A stretch of DNA of 64,000 nucleotides from positions 154,692,001 to 154,756,000 of the forward strand of contig CM059431.1 in the NCBI GenBank assembly GCA_030390025.1, given 5' to 3'. A model generated the notes under the pieces. It had not been told where the DNA came from. It was given only the letters and a program-made list of their open reading frames with translations, and searched no databases. This DNA is from Squalus acanthias (lineage: Eukaryota). Made by a program: the position numbers and the translations under genes. Of the stretch, positions 55,895-64,000 are shown one piece after another; within the stretch, counting starts at the first letter, position 1, and each line of letters opens with the position of its first letter.

Positions 55895-57760
55895 TTAAAT
55901 CTGTGTGCTCTGGTTCTCGACCATTCCGAAAATGGGAACAGTTTCTCTCTATTTACTCTGTCTGGACCCCTCATGATTTTCAACACCTCTATCAAATCTC
56001 CTCTCAACCTTCTCTGCTCCAAAGAGAACAACACCAGCTTTCTACTCTATCCACGTTATTGGATTCCATCATCCCCGGAACCATTCTCGGAAAAATTTGC
56101 TGCACCCTCTCTAAGGCCTTCAAATCGTTCTTAAAGTGCGGTGCCCAGAATTGGACGCAATACTCCAGTTGAATCCAAACCAGTGTTTTATAAAGTTCAT
56201 GATAACTACCTTGCTCATGTGTTCCATGCCTCTAGTTATGAAGCCCAGGATCCTGTATGCTCTTCGAACCGCATTCTCAATCGACTCTGCCATTTTCAAC
56301 GACTTGTGTACACATACCCCTTTCTCTCGGAAATAGTCAGCAGGTCAGGCAGCATCTGTGGAGAGAGAAACAGAGTTAACGTTTGAGATCGATGACCCTT
56401 CGTCAGAACTGGCGAAGGGTCATCAACCTGAAACGTTAACTCTGTTTGTCTCTCACAGATGCTGCCTGACCTGCTGAGTATTTCCAGCATTTTCTGTTTT
56501 TATTGCAGATTTCCAGCATCTGCAGTTTTTTGCTTTTGTACCCCTAGATCTCTCTGTTCATGCACCTCTTTAGAATTGTAATCTTTAGTTTATGTTGCCT
56601 CTCCTCGTTCTTCCGACAAAAATATATCACATCACACTTTACTGCGTAAAATTTCATCTGCCACGTGTCCGCCCATTACACTAGCTTGCTTATGTGTTCT
56701 TAAAGTCTATGATTATCCTCGTCACTTTTAACTATACTTCCAAGCTTTGTGTCATCTGCAGATATCGAAATTGTGCCCTGTACACAAATGTCCAAGTCAT
56801 TAATATATATCCAGAAAAGCAGTGGTCCTAGCACAGACCCCTGGAGAACATCAGTGTATACCTCCCTCCAGTCCCAGAAACAACCGTTCACTACGACTCT
56901 CATTTCTTGTCACTTTGTCAATGTCGTATCTAAGCTGCCACTGTCCCTTTTATTACATGGACTTCAGCTTTGCTGGCAAGCCTATTATCTGTCACTTTAT
57001 CGAACGCTGTTTGGAAGTCCATATGCACAACGTGAGCCGCATTGCCCTCATCAATCCTCTCTGTTACCTCATCAAAATCCTCGATCAAGTTATTAAACAC
57101 GATTTGCCTCTAACAGATCCATGCTGGCTTTCTTTAATTAATCCTCATTTGTACAAGTGGCTGTAAATTTTTTCACTGATTATCGTTTCCAAAATAATTC
57201 CCCACAACTGAGGTTAACCTGACTGGCATGTAGTTGCTGGTATTAGTTCACACACTTTTTTGAACAAGGGTGTAACATTTGCAATACTGCAGTCCTCTGG
57301 CACCACCGCTGTATCTAAGGGGGAATGGAAGATTATGGCCTCCGTTCTTTGAGTTCATCAACGAACTCAGTCAAGTAAGCCAAACACGATTTGCCTTTAA
57401 CAAATCTGCACAGACTTTCATTTATTAACCCATACTTTTTCCAAGTGCCAATTAATTTTGTCCGGATGTCTTAACGTTTCCCCACCCCCGAAATTAGACT
57501 GATTGGCGATAATTGACCGGTTTCTCTTCCTCCTTTTTTTGAACGGATTGTGTAACATTTGTCACACAGCAGTTATCTGGCGCCTCTCCCAAATCAGAGG
57601 AGCATTGGGAGATTATGGCAATAGACTCCGCAACTTCCACCCTTTTTCCCCTCAGCAAACATCCCGACAGGGCGATTTTTCTAGTTTCATTACTGAACAC
57701 CTTTTTAGTACATGCACTTTAACCCCATCTAAGTCTGCTTCGTTTTGTCCCCCTGTCTGA
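55895..57760 (-). mobile_element. Decayed CR1 ORF2 fragments (at least two pieces)
   Basis: LEQRRLRGDLIEV, QGSVLGPLLFWIYINDL..ADDTKL, PVNYRQ. Confidence 0.85.
56322..56538. mobile_element. Penelope-derived palindromic (fold-back) element with TSD TACCCCT
   Basis: Arms ~56329-56406 and ~56409-56485 are near reverse complements. TACCCCT at 56315-56321 and 56539-56545. Confidence 0.85.
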
Positions 57761-57889
57761 TAGCTCTTATTTCTGAAATATTATTTTTCGTAATGCTGTT
57801 TGTCACTCCCAGTTCTCTGTGATTTTCTCTCTCCTATCTAATAATTCATTCTTGCCCCATCTATCTGTCAAATTAATTTATACCCTCCC

Positions 57890-58380
57890 CCACAAAACTA
57901 GTTAACCTACCTGAGACGATATTGCTCCCTGCCTGTTACAGTGCTACACTCCCATATTTTACAGAGTTATTCTGCACCATACCTGTTACAATGACCGAGG
58001 AATCTGAAGCCCACCCTCCGGTACCATTTCTCCAGTCGGGCTTTACCCGTTAATATTTTACTGCTCATATACTCACTAGCACGCAGCACTGCGTGTAATC
58101 CAGAGATTACTAACTTTGAAATCCTGTGCGTCAAACTTATTCCTACCTGCTAAAAATCTGTCTGTACGTTAACAACCCTTTTCCTACCTACGTTATTGGA
58201 TGCAACATAGACTACGACTTCTGGCTGTTCCGGTTCCGTCGCAACATGTTCTGCGCCTGTTTAGTGATGTCTTTTACCCTGGCATGAGGGAGGCAACATA
58301 CCATACTAGAATCACGTCGGCGTTTGCAGAAAAGCCTGTCTATCTCCATGACCATCGAATCGCCTATGCCCAATTTACTT
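57890..58380 (-). mobile_element. CR1 ORF1 (esterase) fragment
   Basis: IGDSMV..DRLFCKRRRDSSMVCCLPHARVKDI resembles ORF1 at 6878..7582. Confidence 0.8.
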
Positions 58381-58419
58381 CTGAACTTTTCTGTGCCCCC
58401 TGTGAAGTAATTTGCCCCA

Positions 58420-58552
58420 CTGCGCCGTGGATGTGCTCTGCAGTACATGACAACATTAACTGCACTTCAAAAAATAAGTAATTGAATGTAAAGCACTTTG
58501 GGACGTCCTGAGGTCGTGAAACCGCAATGTAAATGCAATTTCTTTCTTGCTT
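58420..58552 (+). mobile_element. SINE/L2-type 3' tail (DeuSINE-like)
   Basis: tgtaaagcactttgggacgtcctgaggtcgtgaaa...aaatgcaatttctttctt. Confidence 0.55.
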
Positions 58553-59996
58553 TAGACTGCAATTCCCCGTGCTGTTGTCCGCATTGAAAATAAGTTTGAG
58601 ACTGACACATTCCCGGGGGTTTCCTGTATTCCCTGCCGTTCCTACCCAGCAGATGGCCACACTCTTACTGTACTTCAGAAACAAGAGTGATACTGATAAT
58701 GGTGCAAAACGTCAAATTACATGGTCAAGTGTGCCTTCCGTTACCCTGAAACCTCCCTTAATGTTTCACTTTCCAATGAAGAGCACCAGATTTTGTCCGC
58801 AGCAGATTTTAAAAATATATATTCTAAAGTGATAAATTGGTATATTGTTACGCATTGGATACACTCTGGCAGAACTCTTGCACTTATTTGAAAGTTGCAT
58901 TGAGGTTACCTTAAACGAGCACTTTTTGTGCTGAATACAAGAGTTTGCAAGTGTGTGGTGTTGTCTCACAGGATTCAGTCAGGGGCCACTTATGTTTCTA
59001 TTACTAATTTTAATATAGATCTTGTTCAATACTTGCAGATGGTGTAAAAATGAAGTATTTATATCTTTCCTAACGTGATATATAGGTACCATTTAGGAAA
59101 TTGAAAAAATAGATGTGCTAAAACTGACATATGAAATCAAGGTCTGTGTCATTTAATACATACTTCTGAAATATCAGCTGCAATTGCACACTGAATTGAT
59201 GTAGATTCGGTGCTGTGGCGGAGCTGAGTGATGAAAGGGTACACGTTCACATGATATAAAAGGCAGCACCTCAGGTTGGTAAGACCGTAGAAAAATGAAC
59301 TGTAGTCTAGGTTTAATTTCAAGTGTTATAGAATAAAGAATTTCAGATAGTAATGTATTTATATAAACACTTAGTAAGACATCCATTGGAGTAGTGTGTG
59401 TGCACAATTAAGCTATAGTCTTCAGGAAGGATATTCAGGTCTACAGAGCGTCAAATCAGATTTACTGGTATGCTAACTGATATCATCTAAACAGATACAA
59501 ATGAAGACTTGGAAAGCTCCTTTTTCTCATTAGAACCGCACATATTAAGAGTGATGTGATAGATATTTTTAAAATTATGAACTGTTGAGAAAAAATAGAT
59601 AGAAGCAGGCTATTTTCATTAGCTGATGTATCATGAACAAAGGAGGTAATTAAGTTAACGTTTAGATTTTCCCAGTCCCACATAGAATTGAAGCCACTCC
59701 CAAACAGTTAGAATACGGATTAAATCAAAAGGTGAAATTACATCACCACAATTGAAGAAAACAGGCCGATGAAGCAACAAATTCACTTGTTTTCCGAAAC
59801 GCATTTGCTGTTTAAGTTCCAGTACTTGAAACTCGGAGCCTGATACTCATGAGTGAGAACATCCTGATCAAGGCAGAGGCTTTAACACATCAAACAGAGA
59901 CTTTCTGCCGGAGAATATAATCATTGCTCTTTTGTTAATAGGAAAACGAACCATGACAGCAATTGTACACCATCATGGCAATAAGTATTAGATTAG

Positions 59997-61480
59997 CATA
60001 AGAACATAAGACATAAGAACATAAGAAAATAGAACATAAGACGTAGAAGCAGGAGTAGGTCATTTGGCCCCTCGAACCTAATCCGCCATTCAATAAGATC
60101 ATGACTGATCTGATCTTGGCCTCAACTCCACTTCCCTGCCTGCTCCCCACAACCCTTCACTCCCTTACCTTTCAAAAATCTGTCTCTCTCCACCTTAAAT
60201 ATATTCAATGACTCAGCCTCCACAGCTCTCTGGGGAAGAGAATTCCAAAGATTCACGACCCTCTGAGAGAAGAAATTCCTCCTCATTTCCGATTTAAAAG
60301 GGTGCCCCCTTATTCTGAAATAATGCCCCCTAGTTCTAGATTCCCCCACGTTGGAAACATCCTCTCTCCCTCTACCCGTTCAATCCCCTTCAGAATCTAA
60401 TATGTTTCAATAAGATCCACTCACATTCTTCTCAACTCCAATGAGTATAGGCCCAACCTGCTCAACATTTCTTCATAAGATAATCCCTTCATCTCCGGAA
60501 TCAACCTCTTAAACCTTCTCTGAACTGCCTCCAACGCAAGTACATCCTTCCTTAAATAAGGAGACCAAAAATGTACGCAGTACTCCAGGTGTGGTCTCAC
60601 CAACGCCCTGTGCAGTTGTAACAGGACTTCCCTACAATTGTACTCCATTACCTTTGCAATAAAGGCCAACACTCCATTTGCCTTCCAAATTAATTGCTGT
60701 GCATGCATGCTAACTTTTAATGATTCATGTAGAAGGACCTCTTCTGATCGCTCTGTTCCTCAGCATTTCGTAAACTCTCTCCATTTTAATAATAATGGGC
60801 TTTTTTATTTTTTCCTACCAAAGTGGAAAACCTCGCATTTTCACACATTAATCTCCATCTGCCAAATTTTTGCCCACTTACTTGGCCTATCTATATCCGT
60901 TTGCAGATTATTTTCGTCCTCCACACAATTTGCTCCCACCTATCTTTGTATCATCAGCAAATTTGGCTACATTATACTAGGTACCTTCATCCAACTCATT
61001 AATATAGATTGTTACTAGTTGAGGCCCCAGCACTGATACCTGAGGCACACCGCTAGCTAAGGTTTGGCAAGCTGAAAATGACCCATTAAACCCGAATCTC
61101 TATTTTCTGTTAGTTAGCCAATCCATGCTAATATATTACCTCAAGCTCTGATTTTGTGTAGTGGCAACTTTCTGGTAATCCAAATACACGACATCTACTG
61201 GTTCCCCTTTATCCACCCTGCTCGTTACTTCCTCAAAGAACTCCAGCGAATTTGTCAAACCTGATTTCCCTTTCATAAACCATGCTGACTCTGCTTGATT
61301 ATATTGTCATTTTCTAAATGTCCTGCTATCACTTCTTTAATGACGGATTCCAACATTTTCCCAATGACAGATATTAGGCTAACTGATCGAAAGTTGCCTG
61401 CTTACTGTCTCCCTCCTTTCTTAAATAGGGGCGTTACATTTGCGGATTTCCAGTCCGCTGGAACCTCTCCAGAACCAGGG
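59997..61480 (-). mobile_element. Decayed 5'-truncated CR1 with (TATGTTCT)n tail
   Basis: ORFs 60122..60349 and 60421..60708; cataagaa repeats at 59997-60040. A second CR1 3' stub follows at ~61495-61620. Confidence 0.9.
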
Positions 61481-62059
61481 CATTTTGGTCGGAAATGGGA
61501 GTAGCAGTAGACCATTTGGCACTTCGTGCCTGTTTCACCATTCAATGAGATCATGGCAGATCTCATACCTCATCGCCACTTACCTACACTATCCCCATAT
61601 CCCTTGATTCCCTTAATATAAAGGCCCTCATACCGAGATTACCAGGACCGGGATTCGAAAGTAGTTCATTTGCACAGAGTTACAATCTGGACAAAGAAGC
61701 AGCTAGATATCGACATTTAAGATAATTCAAAACAGTTAAAGTTTCAGTTTTGTGAGATTACTGTGCCCTTCGATCTGTTGCTAATCTAAGAAACTCAAAG
61801 CGATCTTTGTTCGTTGCTATCTGTGTCAATTTATATTCCGATAATGTATTAGTTTTATGGTGAACAATAACATCGTGTGGAGGACATGGAGCTGATTCCT
61901 GCAACAGAACACAATTTATCTGCGGGGTCTTCTGAACTGCAGATGGAAGAGCCGGGGGACATTTAATAATTTTTAGCACACCAAGCATTAATGACTTTGG
62001 TTAAAGGATCAGTAACTCACCAGAACAGTTCAACCTGAATGAGACCGTGTTTATTTCAG

Positions 62060-62237
62060 ATCAAGCCCTGCACCAGAGATCAGGGTGGGGAGATATTGTA
62101 CTGATCAGGGCTGATGGTCGTGCTTATAACGGTGATATGCAGCTGATCTTTACCCAGGGTGTATTCATTAACATGCAAACATCCAACGTTATCTTATCCG
62201 GATTGTCTGGAACCAGAATCAGGAGCCGCAGCACAAG
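62060..62237 (+). other. Candidate isolated exon (178 nt) of an unidentified gene
   Basis: Acceptor tttatttcAG and strong donor AAG|GTAAGG; only one frame is open (DQALHQRSGWGDIVLIRADGRAYNGDMQLIFTQGVFINMQTSNVILSGLSGTRIRSRSTR). No recognisable repeat. Confidence 0.3.
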
Positions 62238-64000
62238 GTAAGGACCGGAATATACTGAGCACCATTATAGTGTTTTGATGCATTTGAAAAGTTGCAGTAT
62301 CCATCATGGATCAAGTAAGAAAATATTGTTTTTTCAGAAATTAATTTACTGGAAGTACCGCCATTTAACAGAATAAAACTTCAAAATGTAAACTCATACC
62401 CTAAAATTATATTGGTGCAAATAGTATATCAATATTTTTTATCGTTTATGACACGGCTATGATCAAAAAGTTAGAAGTTGATATTCTTCAACATAAATCA
62501 CAAACAGTAACCATCACCGACATCTTAGATTCCAGCCATGGGTGGTTAACTTTCATTCAAACCGTATTGACCTCAGGATTCTAGAGCTCCTTGTGCCAAA
62601 CGAATCAAATGACGACTTGTAGTCGAGGAGAGGTATGTTCACATTTCCTCTGTCATTTATCTCGTGCACCTGTAAACTTATCAGGATCGAGGAGTTCAAG
62701 CATTACCCGAAATTCGCGTCGGTGCGCAGTTGATTAATAAGTGAGTGTGGCTTGATCACGCTATTTATGAGTCGCTCCATCGCTTTGCTGATCATTGAGA
62801 GGTGACTGATAGGAGGATAATTGGTTTGAGTCAGTGTGTCCTTAATTTCGCGGATAGGATATAGCTGGTCATCCAAAATATATCCCTCAAGAGCAAAAAT
62901 TCCACTTATGCAGTCAAATAACCATGATAAACATTTGAGTTAAGAAGCAGTATAAAACTAATGGCAGGGACTTACACAAATAGCAGAAGACTGTCAAAAA
63001 TATAGAAAGCAACTAAGGGCCACGAAGAAAATATTAAAATCTGCTTGAATGGAACACGAAAAAAATTCCAAGCGATATAACTGTTAATTATTAAATCATG
63101 TATAAATATATCAAGTGTAAGACAGTGGCTGATGGAAATGTGCACATATTAATGACAGACACAGGTGATACGGAAATAGTTAACAAGGTGATAGCCGAGT
63201 TTTTTAAAAAAGTACTTTGTATTGGTTTTCACAGCAGAGCAAGATGACAAAATACCAATGATAGAAGGGAAACTAAAAATAAATCAAGGAGAGGAACTTA
63301 CTGTATTCCAAATTTTAAAAAATTAATGGGGGAAATAAATGAAGTTAGGATAGATACTTCTCCAGAACCTAGTACTTCCCACCATAGGGTATTAAAATAA
63401 GCAGGGGTGGGATATATACAAACGTTATGTGAATTTACAGAAGGCGTTTCGTGCCTTTCCCACCCAGCAGATGGTCACACTCTTAATGTCCTTCAGTAAA
63501 AAGAGAGTTACTGATAATATGGCAACATATCATATTATATAGTCAAGTGTGATTCCCGTTACCACGAAATCTTCCTTAATGATTCAATTTCCAAAGAAGA
63601 GCAACAGTATTTGTCCGCAGCAGAATTTAAAAAAATATATATTCTAAAGTGATAAACTGGTGCATTTTTACGCATTGGATACACTCTCGCAGACCTCTTG
63701 CACTTATTTGAAAGTTGCATTGAGGTTACCTGAAACGAGCACCTGTTGGGCTGAAAACAAGTGGTTGGAATAGAGTGGAGGTGAGTCGCAGGATTCAGTC
63801 TGGGGCCATTTATATTTATATTACTAGTTTGAATATAAATCTTGGTCAATATTTGCAGATGGTGTAATAATTAAGTATTTATATATTTCCTAACGTGATA
63901 TATAGTTACTATTTAGGAAATTGAAAATATACGGGATGTGCTAAAAATGACATTTGAAATCAATGCAGTGTTAGGTGATACATATTTGTAAAATATCAGC

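Larger units (their letters stand above)
58620..64000 (+). repeat. Direct duplication: ~58620-59180 repeated at ~63440-64000 (runs off the window end)
   Basis: Co-linear anchors acccagcagatgg, tttgtccgcagcaga, cttgcacttatttgaaagttgcattgaggttacc, aatatcagc. Confidence 0.9.

Overview
This is eukaryotic, repeat-rich vertebrate genomic DNA. The CR1, Penelope and DeuSINE repeats and the NLR style point to a cartilaginous fish (inference). The main gene, which the ORF track captures only in part, is a + strand spliced NLR (NOD-like receptor), reconstructed by hand as join(1383..1581, 2633..2802, 10751..10949, 12010..12179, 18490..18688, 20649..22368, 23895..23981, 24258..24449, 24695..24755). That is 2997 nt, open in one frame with GT-AG junctions throughout, and its 5' end lies upstream of the window. 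Its N-terminus is a tandem array of a two-exon, 123-codon CARD/death-fold-like module, produced by a ~4.6 kb genomic tandem duplication present in at least 3 copies. A FISNA-like/NACHT exon with a variant Walker B (DDLDQ) and a very short LRR follow. A second, decayed NACHT exon (pseudogene) lies at ~52.5-54.0 kb. The rest is nested mobile DNA: many CR1 LINEs (one with a fully open 955-aa ORF2, antisense in an NLR intron), Penelope-like elements with hammerhead-ribozyme-like motifs, a GGCC-ended MITE family, L2/RTE-type fragments and DeuSINE remnants. There is also a 4.5 kb satellite of mixed 27/34-nt units. There are no prokaryotic features, CRISPR arrays, rRNA or intact tRNA genes. All alignments were done by eye; boundaries of decayed elements are approximate.
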